Shown here piece after piece: positions 8,380 through 16,659 of a DNA stretch of 40,933 nt (the first letter of the stretch is position 1; each line of letters begins with the position of its first letter). The position numbers and the translations under genes are program-made. The stretch lies in IMG/VR virus record IMGVR_UViG_3300017963_000129; one strand, written 5' to 3'. This stretch comes from a virus. The notes under the pieces are model-generated. The model ran no database searches. It was not told the origin of the DNA and saw only the letters and a list, made by a program, of their open reading frames with translations.

Positions 8380-9573
8380 CTATAACACATCATTCAGCGT
8401 CAATCCCGTCGATCGATCGTTCAGCGTCAGCGTGATGATATTCCGCACCGTCGATACCGTCACCACAATCGCGGCCACCGTCACCGCCTGCGTGCTGGCC
8501 ACCGCCACCGCGTCCCCGCTGATCGTTGGATCCACCACGCTTGCCATCAGCGACTGCTCCCCCACCGCCGCCAGCGCACCGGCCATGGCCGTGGGCGATA
8601 CCGCGCTGACCGTCGCCGTCAGCGTGCTGACCGTCACCGCGCAATCCCCACTGACCATCAGAGATAGCACACTGGCAGTCAACACCACCGGAACCGTCAG
8701 CGCAACCGCGTTTGAATTGGTAGTTACCGCCCGATCCACCAGGCTCGTCGTCAGCGTCTGCGTATTGACCGCCGCCAGCGCACCGGCCATGGCCGTGGGC
8801 GATACCGTGCTGACCGTCACCGCCAGCGCGCTTAGACTGATACTCTGGTTAGTGCCCAGCGACACCGTAGGCGATACCGTGCTGACCGTCACCGCCAGCG
8901 CGTTAACCGCCGCCAGCACCCCGGTCACGGCCGCGGGCGATACCGTGCTGACCGTCACGCTCAGCGTGCTGACCGTAACCCCGCTGTCCCCGCTCACCGT
9001 CGGCGCCACCACGCTCACTGTCACGCTCAGTGTAGTAGCCGCCGCTAGCGTCCCCACCGTATACTCAATTATCAGCCGCGCTCCGTACGAGTTGCCGGTA
9101 TAATCGTACATTCGCGGCTCAAAATCCACCCCACTCGTGCTATTCAATAGCACAGCCAGCGCGTTGTACTGGCTCCACCCTCCCCGGTCGATGATTTCCT
9201 GAATGATCGTTGTGATGTCCGGACTCGCCTGCCAGCCCACGCCCACGCTGGCGCTGTCCCAGCTCACTGATCCGGAGGTCGTTGTCCGATTGGATATATT
9301 GCTGGCCGTCGCCGCAAACGTCGCCGCGTCGTCCTCATCCTCTCCATAGATCACAAAATGAATTTCGTCATTGGCGCTATCGTGAGCATACATCTCCAGA
9401 TATGCGGACGTAATTGTATAACTGCCCCCCAACGGCACGGTCGTGAACCGCGCTCCCAACCACGCACCAGCTTGCACTATCGTCGGGCTGGAATCCGACG
9501 TTAATACCTGAGTTCCGCTTGTCTGGTTTGCATCGTCAGACGATGCGTTTACCTGCAATATGACACTAGGCAT
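8380..9573 (-). CDS. Fibre protein paralog: distinct N-terminal globular domain plus about 9 Ser/Thr/Val repeats
   Basis: The N-terminus QVNASSDDANQTSG... looks like a carbohydrate-binding-like beta domain. The C-terminal part carries TLSVTVSTVSPT-type repeats (about 8400-9050) and ends ITLTLNDRSTGLTLNDVL. Confidence 0.7.
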   Translation of the reverse strand: MPSVILQVNASSDDANQTSGTQVLTSDSSPTIVQAGAWLGARFTTVPLGGSYTITSAYLEMYAHDSANDEIHFVIYGEDEDDAATFAATASNISNRTTTSGSVSWDSASVGVGWQASPDITTIIQEIIDRGGWSQYNALAVLLNSTSGVDFEPRMYDYTGNSYGARLIIEYTVGTLAAATTLSVTVSVVAPTVSGDSGVTVSTLSVTVSTVSPAAVTGVLAAVNALAVTVSTVSPTVSLGTNQSISLSALAVTVSTVSPTAMAGALAAVNTQTLTTSLVDRAVTTNSNAVALTVPVVLTASVLSLMVSGDCAVTVSTLTATVSAVSPTAMAGALAAVGEQSLMASVVDPTISGDAVAVASTQAVTVAAIVVTVSTVRNIITLTLNDRSTGLTLNDVL

Positions 9574-11050
9574 TGTAGTACAACCACGTCTCCGCGCCGA
9601 CTAGCGCCGCCACAGCACTATCTGCCAGAATTCCCTCCGGATCGTCGCTGTCCGTGCTAATATTCGTATCCCGTTCATCAGCGCCGCGCCCGCTAAAATC
9701 AGAATCCTCAGAGATATACAATTTGAGATTCATCAGCAATTCATGCACCCACTCCGCCGAGTTATTCAGCCGCATCATATGTGATGTTCTGTGCTGGTCC
9801 TCGCCCCCGATCCGGTACGTGACATCCACGTAAATCATCCCCCCTCCCGACGTCACGTTCTCGATATCGTTCACGTACACACTCGTGCCAGCATCGATGC
9901 TGATATCTGATCGACTGTTCTCCTCGAAACCCCAAACAGCTCGCACATATGACAGCGATCTCGATGTGCTGCTCACCTCCCAGCTCCCCGCGTCCGCATA
10001 GCAATTATAGTCGCTATCCAGCATTGACGTCGTTTCAGTGCAAATGTCGTCATCACTGTTTCCGCTAAAATAATTCCCCCGCAACTTTTGTTTGGTCGAC
10101 GTTCCCAAACCTGCACTGTTCAAATACCCGATGCCATAGCTGCCATCGATGAACGCACAATTCAACGTCTGATTGGCATCGCCGTACATAAACATTCCGC
10201 CTTCGTCAGCCGTCATTCCGACAGACGTGCACTCCCTAACAACATGCCCCGTATAGTTCAGACTGGGATCGTGCCCGGCCATATAGGCCCCGTTTTGAAA
10301 CGCCCTGTTCGCGATTGTACCCGATCCCGTAACATATACCCGCTGCACTATATTCCGCGCCCCGCCCAGCATCAGCGCCGCAGGTTCCCAATCGCCACAG
10401 TCTGTTATCACGCAATCCTCAATGAGACAATCATAACAGCCCTGCTTCATATCAATCCCGTTTGATCTCGTATTTGAAACAGTGCAATTCGATATCGTTC
10501 CATAATTTAGCTCTAATGTGTAACTTGCAGCATTACCGAAATAGATCCCCTCCTCGCTCATGGTATCCACTGTGCAATTCTGGACTAAAATATGATTGCC
10601 GTCTCTTATTTGGATACCGCGCTCCGCGTCATGAACATAAACATCGTCAATTTCCAGATACTCCAATTCTTGCACTTGTATGCAATTCACCCCGCTGCCC
10701 GTCAATTCCAAAACCCTGATCTTCATATGATCAGCGCTGGGCCAGCTCACCGAACGATGCAACGCCCAACTGTTCACCCCATTGCCATCGATCACCGGGC
10801 GCCCCGTCCCATATGCCTGAATTACGAATTCATTCCCAGAAGACCCCGAGCAATCGCGGATAAACAACACGTCGTCCGCATCAGTATGCGTCCATGTATC
10901 GCCGCCCTGGAAATTAATTGAATCGCCCGCCCCGAACGTGCCAGCATAAAAGTTATCATCAACCTTATCCAGCGTCTTCCACGCCTGCCCCGAGGCCGTC
11001 CCGCTATTGCTATCGCTCCCCCCATCCTGATCCACGTAATACGACGTCAT
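9566..11050 (-). CDS. Right-handed parallel beta-helix protein (pectate-lyase fold; tailspike/depolymerase-like)
   Basis: N-terminus YYVDQDGGSDSNSGTASGQAWKTLDKV. Repeated NCTV..N.GI...C.D motifs (VQNCTVDTMSEEGIYF, ISNCTVSNTRSNGIDM, IEDCVITDCGDW). Confidence 0.75.
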   Translation of the reverse strand: MTSYYVDQDGGSDSNSGTASGQAWKTLDKVDDNFYAGTFGAGDSINFQGGDTWTHTDADDVLFIRDCSGSSGNEFVIQAYGTGRPVIDGNGVNSWALHRSVSWPSADHMKIRVLELTGSGVNCIQVQELEYLEIDDVYVHDAERGIQIRDGNHILVQNCTVDTMSEEGIYFGNAASYTLELNYGTISNCTVSNTRSNGIDMKQGCYDCLIEDCVITDCGDWEPAALMLGGARNIVQRVYVTGSGTIANRAFQNGAYMAGHDPSLNYTGHVVRECTSVGMTADEGGMFMYGDANQTLNCAFIDGSYGIGYLNSAGLGTSTKQKLRGNYFSGNSDDDICTETTSMLDSDYNCYADAGSWEVSSTSRSLSYVRAVWGFEENSRSDISIDAGTSVYVNDIENVTSGGGMIYVDVTYRIGGEDQHRTSHMMRLNNSAEWVHELLMNLKLYISEDSDFSGRGADERDTNISTDSDDPEGILADSAVAALVGAETWLYYNA

Positions 11051-11652
11051 GCATCCCTCACATTCGGATTTGCCCAGCGCTCATAATACTTCGCGTTCCC
11101 GTCGTAGACCGCCTCGATCTCCCCTACCTGGTCAAGACCCAAGTCCCGAAACAACCGCCTCACAAACCTCTCCGGCCGCATCACCAGCGCCTCATACGAA
11201 ACGATCATATACGACACCGCCAGCCGCTCAAACGCATCGAATATTCTCGTGTACACATCCATCGCCGCCTGGCTATTCAAGCCGTAATTAGCCCCCGCCT
11301 TGTACTCCGTGTCCACCTGGCTCTGCACCATACAACACCAATCACGCACCAGCACCAACCCAAACACCTCATAGCCGTGCTTCCGCGCCTGTCCCACATC
11401 CCGATCGTAAAATCGCGGCCAATTCCCCCGAGGAACCATCCCCGGCACACTCCGACCCCACACGATCAGCGGCTCATCCTCCGCCAATGGCAGCCTCTGA
11501 TCAAACCTCTGCTCCAGATCTCGATCCCCCGCGCATCCCGCCCCATCGATCAGGATCCTCCGCAAAAGTCGATTCCCGCTGCTCTCCGGACCGTAAATCA
11601 TAAACGCCCTGCCAGTCACCTGTCCATCCCTGTAAAACTCACCGCTCCCCAT
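11047..11652 (-). CDS. Sulfotransferase-like protein (tentative)
   Basis: N-terminal loop FMIYGPESSGNRLLRRIL is like a PAPS-binding 5-prime-PSB loop. C-terminal VSYEALVMRPERFVRRLFRDLGL resembles the YEDL...P......FLG motif of bacterial sulfotransferases. The start at MGSGEF is chosen to limit overlap. Confidence 0.4.
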   Translation of the reverse strand: MGSGEFYRDGQVTGRAFMIYGPESSGNRLLRRILIDGAGCAGDRDLEQRFDQRLPLAEDEPLIVWGRSVPGMVPRGNWPRFYDRDVGQARKHGYEVFGLVLVRDWCCMVQSQVDTEYKAGANYGLNSQAAMDVYTRIFDAFERLAVSYMIVSYEALVMRPERFVRRLFRDLGLDQVGEIEAVYDGNAKYYERWANPNVRDA

Positions 11653-12367
11653 GCACAATGTGCGTGCTCGTATCACACCACACCTCAAAACCCGCCTCCC
11701 GAGCCATCACGCACAACCCGTGATCCACATCCTCCGCCGTGTGCCGACATCCCGCCCGTGGCACATCCGCCCGCATCAACATCATCCCCCCCGTCGTCTC
11801 CATCTCAATCGCCCCCTGCGGATAATGCGCCGCGTACCACGCCGGACCGTACGGCGGAAACGGCCTCCCCTCCCGGATGAAACCCCACACGTCGTAAAAT
11901 CGCATCCCGTTCGCGTTCTGCACCGGATCCCCCTGGTGATCCCCAATCCAGAACATAGGGCTGATCACGTCCTTCTCCCAGCTCAGCAACCGCCGCAGCG
12001 TATCCGGCTTATAGATCACATCGCTGGGAATAAACCACACGTAATCAGCCCAATCATCCTCGATCGCCACCTCCAGCCCGTGATTAAACACCCTGGCCAG
12101 CGTCGCAAACCGCTCTGGATGCACGATGCTCCCATAATGTGGCTTCCCCGTGTCGCACTTCGTGATCTTCCGTCGCCGATCGCCATGCGCCCACGCATCC
12201 AGCATCGCCAGCGTGTTATCCTCCGAGTCCCCTTCCACGAGGACCCAGCGCAGCCGCTCGGGAGGATAGTCGATCGCCTCAGCTTGCTGTATGTATTGAT
12301 CGATGTGCCGCTCGTTGTTCCGAAACGGCGTCTCTATGGTGACGTTGTAAAACCGTTCTGTACTCAT
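11639..12367 (-). CDS. Glycosyltransferase family 2-like protein
   Basis: FYNVTIETPFRNNERHIDQYIQQAEAIDYPPERLRWVLVEGDSEDNT matches the GT-A N-terminal layout. DYVWFIPSDVIY is DxD-like. The start at 12367 has an AGGA-type RBS. Confidence 0.55.
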   Translation of the reverse strand: MSTERFYNVTIETPFRNNERHIDQYIQQAEAIDYPPERLRWVLVEGDSEDNTLAMLDAWAHGDRRRKITKCDTGKPHYGSIVHPERFATLARVFNHGLEVAIEDDWADYVWFIPSDVIYKPDTLRRLLSWEKDVISPMFWIGDHQGDPVQNANGMRFYDVWGFIREGRPFPPYGPAWYAAHYPQGAIEMETTGGMMLMRADVPRAGCRHTAEDVDHGLCVMAREAGFEVWCDTSTHIVHGER

Positions 12368-13076
12368 CCAGATTCCTGACTTCCTCTCCATACACCGTCG
12401 CGTACGGCAACGGCGGATACGTCATAGCCCGAATAAACCGCTCCACCTGATCCTCCGGCCAATTCGGATCGATCCGCCCCCCATACGGCGGACCCGCGCT
12501 GTGATAGCTCATATTGCTTGTTAGCCCCGCCGTTTGCTCCCAGCCCGTCAACCCCCACTTCACCATCGTTAGCGCCGTAGACCAGTATTCCACCGTCGCA
12601 TCGTCGACCTTAGAAAATAGACTCGCCTGCGTCTCATCTGGCGCCACCCGGATCGGTACCTGCAAAATCACCTTGCCCGTGTCGATCCCTTCATCTATAT
12701 AATGAAACGTCACACCCGTAGTAAAATCCCCCTCCACAATCGCCCACGCCACCGGCGACCTTCCCCTGTGCCGTGGCAACAGCGACGAATGCGCGTTGAA
12801 AATCCGCCCCCCTACCGCATCGATCACGTGCGGCTTAACGATCGTCCGGTAATACACACTCGAAATCACGTCGGGCTCAAACGGCCATAGGCCCATCTGA
12901 TTAACGCTGCCCGTCGTGCACCACACCCCCAGCTCCCCGGCCGCACCCATCAAGCTCTGACCCAGCACTCCCGCCTCGTGCGTAAAAACCGCCACCTCAT
13001 TAATATCTGGCCGCTTCACCACACGCCGCAGCACGCTCTCCCCTGCCACCCCAAAACCGCACAAAAACAGCTTCAT
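12279..13076 (-). CDS. Formyltransferase (Fmt/ArnA/sugar N-formyltransferase family)
   Basis: IFNAHSSLLPRHRGRSPVAWAIVEGDFTTGVTFHYIDEGIDTGKVILQ carries the N..H..D formyltransferase signature. The ATG at 13076 overlaps the GT4 stop (ATGA). Confidence 0.8.
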   Translation of the reverse strand: MKLFLCGFGVAGESVLRRVVKRPDINEVAVFTHEAGVLGQSLMGAAGELGVWCTTGSVNQMGLWPFEPDVISSVYYRTIVKPHVIDAVGGRIFNAHSSLLPRHRGRSPVAWAIVEGDFTTGVTFHYIDEGIDTGKVILQVPIRVAPDETQASLFSKVDDATVEYWSTALTMVKWGLTGWEQTAGLTSNMSYHSAGPPYGGRIDPNWPEDQVERFIRAMTYPPLPYATVYGEEVRNLDEYRTVLQRHHRDAVSEQRAAHRSIHTAS

Positions 13077-14371
13077 TCCGCTTGCTCCCCTCCCAGCGGG
13101 AGGGGCTCGGGGAGGGAGAAACTCTTCCCCGCATCCACCAACTTCTTGATATCCCGCAATGCAGGCCGCCAATACTTCTCAAAAACCGCCTCCTGATCGT
13201 ATTTGGCCACGCCCTTCCGCGCCTTCTCCCTCAACTTCGGATTATCCCGCTCCTGCCATGCCTCTTCCATGGCATCCGCGATCTGGCCCGGCTCCACCTC
13301 CATCCGCCACGCCTCCGCCCCCGGATACCATGCCCGGTGTCCCCCCACCTTCCATCCCGCGCTCAGCAGCTCATCCGTGTTTGCAAAATCCGTCGCGATC
13401 ACCGGACATCCGCACATCTGCGCTTCCACCAGCGGCAAGCCAAACCCCTCCGATTTAGCCGGATTTAGCAGCACATCCGACGCCCGGTACACATCCACCA
13501 TATATTGCTCGCCCAGCATCCCCATAATGTACCCGTACTGATCCGGCTGCACCACGTGCTCGCCCACTCCCAGCGACTTCGCGATCTCCCCCACCTTTAT
13601 CGGCCCGCCCCAATCCGTGTGCACGTACAGCACCGCCTGTGCCTCTGGCCGTCGCTCCACGAACTGCGCAAACCCCTGCAGCGCCACAGCGAACCCTTTG
13701 CGATCGTTCGCGTCTTTGTTCGCCGCTATCATACTCACCAGGAAATCAAACTCCCGTCCCAGGTCGAACCGCGTCCGCGCCTCCGCCTTGTCTCCCGGCG
13801 TAAACACATCCATCGGAGCCCCACACGGCACATATTTCGCATTAATACCCGCCTTCGCCAGCTCATCCACTCCAAACTGGCTATAGCACATCGGATAAAT
13901 CGCCGGACCCAACGCCCGCACGATACCCCCAGCCACCGGGCTCGTATCGATTGGCAGCCACGGAGCGAAATTCGTTTTGCTTGTCTCCTCTGGCGGAAAC
14001 ACAAACACGTCACACACCGTCATCATCACGTCACACTCATTGCGGCGGTAATTCTCCACCATGATCGCCTCGCCGTACGTATTCCCCCCCACCTGGTGAT
14101 GCGGCAACACCCGTACAGACGTCGCTTTCTTCCCGTTCGCCTGGATCGTCCACGGCATAGGTTGACCCTGCAAACCGTACCACGTCCCCAGCACCACCTC
14201 ATACCCCGCCCGTACAATCGGCGGAACCGCCCGCATCGTCAACACCGAATAACTGCTCGGGCTCCATGGTGCCGTACTATGCCAATATATCCTCACAACC
14301 TCCCCCTTTTCCAGGATCCCCCTCCCCATCCCCCCTCCCACTGGGAGGGGTTGGGGGAGGGAGATCCTCAT
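13073..14371 (-). CDS. Glycosyltransferase family 4 (GT-B, retaining type)
   Basis: NPAKSEGFGLPLVEAQMCGCPVIATDF is the classical GT4 E-x7-E region. The true start is probably 14329 (ATG) or 14296 (GTG, VRIYWHS), because codons upstream lie in a repeat element. The last ~15 codons also run through a repeat element. Confidence 0.85.
   Translation of the reverse strand: MRISLPQPLPVGGGMGRGILEKGEVVRIYWHSTAPWSPSSYSVLTMRAVPPIVRAGYEVVLGTWYGLQGQPMPWTIQANGKKATSVRVLPHHQVGGNTYGEAIMVENYRRNECDVMMTVCDVFVFPPEETSKTNFAPWLPIDTSPVAGGIVRALGPAIYPMCYSQFGVDELAKAGINAKYVPCGAPMDVFTPGDKAEARTRFDLGREFDFLVSMIAANKDANDRKGFAVALQGFAQFVERRPEAQAVLYVHTDWGGPIKVGEIAKSLGVGEHVVQPDQYGYIMGMLGEQYMVDVYRASDVLLNPAKSEGFGLPLVEAQMCGCPVIATDFANTDELLSAGWKVGGHRAWYPGAEAWRMEVEPGQIADAMEEAWQERDNPKLREKARKGVAKYDQEAVFEKYWRPALRDIKKLVDAGKSFSLPEPLPLGGEQAE
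13085..13122 (+). repeat. 38-bp C-rich/G-rich palindromic element, copy 1
   Basis: ctcccctcccagcgggaggggctcggggagggagaaac. Lies inside the 3-prime end of the GT4 CDS. Confidence 0.85.
14329..14365 (+). repeat. Palindromic element, copy 2 (diverged)
   Basis: cccccctcccactgggaggggttgggggagggagatc. Lies at the 5-prime end of the GT4 ORF. Confidence 0.8.
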
Positions 14372-14394
14372 TACCTACCTACCCCATTACCTAC

Positions 14395-14799
14395 CTACCC
14401 CGCCGTAGTGATCCCTTCCACGTACTCCACGATCACGGTCGCGTCCGCCGTCAGATCGTTTCCGGCAGCCGCCTCCACCTTCTTCAGCACCAACCACTCA
14501 CCGCTATCGATATAGGCGTTTGCCGCCGTGGTTGTCACCGTCAGCGACTGCGGCGTATCTGCCGCCCACACGGTCGCCGTCCCGCTGGCCATCGACGCCA
14601 CGGTACCGCCCGCCACCGTGCCGCCCGAACCATAGTTCTGCAGCACGAAATCCAGCGTACCCGCCACGCCCGTCACCGCGTGCGCAGCGATCACCGTAAA
14701 CCCGCCATACGTCGAACTCGCTTTTGCCAGATAGCACAGATCGCCATCACCCGGCATCGTGTCCGGCGCCACTACCAAAAACTTGCTTCCCTGACCCAT
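14395..14799 (-). CDS. Hypothetical protein downstream of the capsid gene (possible decoration protein)
   Basis: 134-aa ORF with an AAGGAG RBS. Gly/Thr/Ala-rich beta-type sequence. Function inferred from position only. Confidence 0.5.
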   Translation of the reverse strand: MGQGSKFLVVAPDTMPGDGDLCYLAKASSTYGGFTVIAAHAVTGVAGTLDFVLQNYGSGGTVAGGTVASMASGTATVWAADTPQSLTVTTTAANAYIDSGEWLVLKKVEAAAGNDLTADATVIVEYVEGITTAG

Positions 14800-14851
14800 C
14801 GTTTTCTCCTTATCGTTTCGCTAAGCCACTAAGACGCTAGTCGCTAAGTCG

Positions 14852-15706
14852 CTAAGACGTCGGTGCCGCCGCGTCAAACGTCATACACACGCCCCACTCC
14901 GGTCGCCAGACGCCATGCGCGTACATCGCCGTCATATTCAGTTCCCAACCGCGCCGACTCGCATCCCGTTCCGGCTCCAGCCGCGGCGCCCGCCTGGTAT
15001 CCAACGCCAGCGCCAGCGGGCTGAACATCGCCCCATTTGCATCGTCCGTAGCGTCCACAGTGACGTCCGAGGTAATAAACACATCTACATTACCCACGCG
15101 GCCTACAAACCACTGCCGCGTCACTTCGTCCTGGAACTCTGGCGCGTTCGCTTGGGTCGTGGTCGCGATGCTGGCCGCCTTTGCCAACTGATGCCACTGG
15201 TAAACGTGCAGCACGCATCGGTACGGCATCGGCGCCTTCGCATTGCGCAGCGCGCTCAGTGCCGCGAAGAAGTGCCCCCACGTAATCGTAGTGCCCGCGG
15301 CGCCGATCGTACCCGCCGTCAGACTGGAGAAGTTCCCCAGGATGTCCGTGTTGATCTTCTCCGCGATCGCGTACCCCAGCTCCATCGCCGCGTCGCTGCG
15401 CACACCCATGGGATCCGACTCGATCCTGGTGTCAGGCAGGAAGAATTGCGCCCCCTTCTCTGCCGGAGTCAGCGTTGCGATATCGCTTGGGGTAAACGCC
15501 TGGCTCTGGAGATCGTCCAACTCGCCCAGCGTCGCGATTGTCGCTTCACTATAGCGCGTGCTGGTTCGATCCCGAGTCCCGGTCGCGTCGTTAAACGTGG
15601 TCACCAACCGCGGCATAATCGCGTTGTCCCGGGCGATAAACCACGCATCGTTGTAAATCGTCTGGATATAGGTACTGATATCTGTGCTTGGATTCGTTGC
15701 TGCCAT
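14852..15706 (-). CDS. Major capsid protein (HK97-fold by position and size)
   Basis: 284 aa with an AGGAG RBS, directly after the scaffold gene. The composition is typical of small HK97-like capsid proteins. No search was run. Confidence 0.7.
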   Translation of the reverse strand: MAATNPSTDISTYIQTIYNDAWFIARDNAIMPRLVTTFNDATGTRDRTSTRYSEATIATLGELDDLQSQAFTPSDIATLTPAEKGAQFFLPDTRIESDPMGVRSDAAMELGYAIAEKINTDILGNFSSLTAGTIGAAGTTITWGHFFAALSALRNAKAPMPYRCVLHVYQWHQLAKAASIATTTQANAPEFQDEVTRQWFVGRVGNVDVFITSDVTVDATDDANGAMFSPLALALDTRRAPRLEPERDASRRGWELNMTAMYAHGVWRPEWGVCMTFDAAAPTS

Positions 15707-15730
15707 TTTTCACACTCCTATTAGTCTTAG

Positions 15731-15799
15731 CTCCCCTCCCAGCGGGAGGAGCTGCTTCCTACTCCCCTCCCGCTGGGAGGGGCTGGGGGAGGGAGAAAC
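15731..15799 (+). repeat. Palindromic element, copy 3 (composite: half unit plus full unit)
   Basis: ctcccctcccagcgggaggagctgcttcct a ctcccctcccgctgggaggggctgggggagggagaaac. Fills the scaffold-capsid intergenic gap. Confidence 0.85.
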
Positions 15800-15801
15800 C
15801 C

Positions 15802-16485
15802 TCACCCTCTCTCGTCTGGCAAACCCTTCGGCCAAAAAACCCCGCCGCCCTGCGACTCTGGGTTTTCCATATCCCAGATACCGCCGCCGCCGTAGATCCT
15901 CTGGCGCATCTGCGCCGCCGTCTCGCGCACCGGGCTGCCTTCCGAGCCCGGCGCAAACGGCTCCAAAGAGCCCGCGCCCCGTTTCAACAGATAATCCCGA
16001 TCCTTCGCCAGCTTTTCAACTAGCGCCTCTGCGTTTTTCACCTGACCCTCATCGTCAAACTGTATTTGTGATACATCGATCAGCGCAAACGCATCATTCG
16101 GATCGTTGAAATTTAGCTTCGCCGCCGCCGCGATCACTGCCGATCGCACCGCCGTATCCCTGGCCAGCGTCTCAGCCTGCCCCTTAGCCTGCTCCAACTC
16201 CGCCAGTTTTTTCTGCAGCCGTTCTGTTTCAGACAATTGAGTTTCCTCAATCTCTTTCAACTTCGCCGCCGCTGCCTGCAGATCCTTATAATCCGCATAC
16301 TTCTCCCGCTCCCGCTTCAGCCGTTGGCCGATCTCATATTCCATATCTGCCTGCGTAAATAGCTTCTGCTTTGGCGTTTCCTCCCTTGTAGGAGTCTGCT
16401 TCTCCGGCATTTGCTCCGAACCTGCGCCCGGATCCTGGCCGCCGTCGCCCTGCTGTTCAACCTTCTCATCTTTCTCTGCCATCAT
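15802..16485 (-). CDS. Scaffolding protein
   Basis: Acidic, Lys/Glu-rich, coiled-coil-like 227-aa protein between the head morphogenesis and capsid genes. Confidence 0.65.
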   Translation of the reverse strand: MMAEKDEKVEQQGDGGQDPGAGSEQMPEKQTPTREETPKQKLFTQADMEYEIGQRLKREREKYADYKDLQAAAAKLKEIEETQLSETERLQKKLAELEQAKGQAETLARDTAVRSAVIAAAAKLNFNDPNDAFALIDVSQIQFDDEGQVKNAEALVEKLAKDRDYLLKRGAGSLEPFAPGSEGSPVRETAAQMRQRIYGGGGIWDMENPESQGGGVFWPKGLPDERG

Positions 16486-16515
16486 CCTCCACCTTTCCCG
16501 TAGGAGTCACGTCAA

Positions 16516-16659
16516 TTACTTTCGCTCTTTTTCTGCCAACTGTAGCTTGATCGCTGCCATCAACACGCCCTTATTCTGGATTGACCACTCATTCGCCTTC
16601 TCATCGTACAGCAACTTCACAACCTGCGCCGTCACCTCTTCCGGAGTCTTTGCGGCCAT
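16516..16659 (-). CDS. Small hypothetical protein (47 aa)
   Basis: Manual translation: MAAKTPEEVTAQVVKLLYDEKANEWSIQNKGVLMAAIKLQLAEKERK. Its ATG shares one base with the upstream stop (TAATG). Below the track cutoff. Confidence 0.35.
   Translation of the reverse strand: MAAKTPEEVTAQVVKLLYDEKANEWSIQNKGVLMAAIKLQLAEKERK

Noticed and set aside
6120-9573. Diversity-generating retroelement acting on the fibre repeats.
   Set aside because: There is no reverse transcriptase gene anywhere in the genome. There is no template/variable repeat pair with adenine-specific differences. The variation is ordinary tandem-repeat divergence.
14370-14401. 16-bp x 2 tandem repeat (attacctacctacccc) and the nearby cgctaag clusters (14819-14856, also near 21021).
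   Set aside because: They are real but short, lying at gene ends and RBS-proximal leaders. There is too little information to assign a function beyond a possible shared leader motif.
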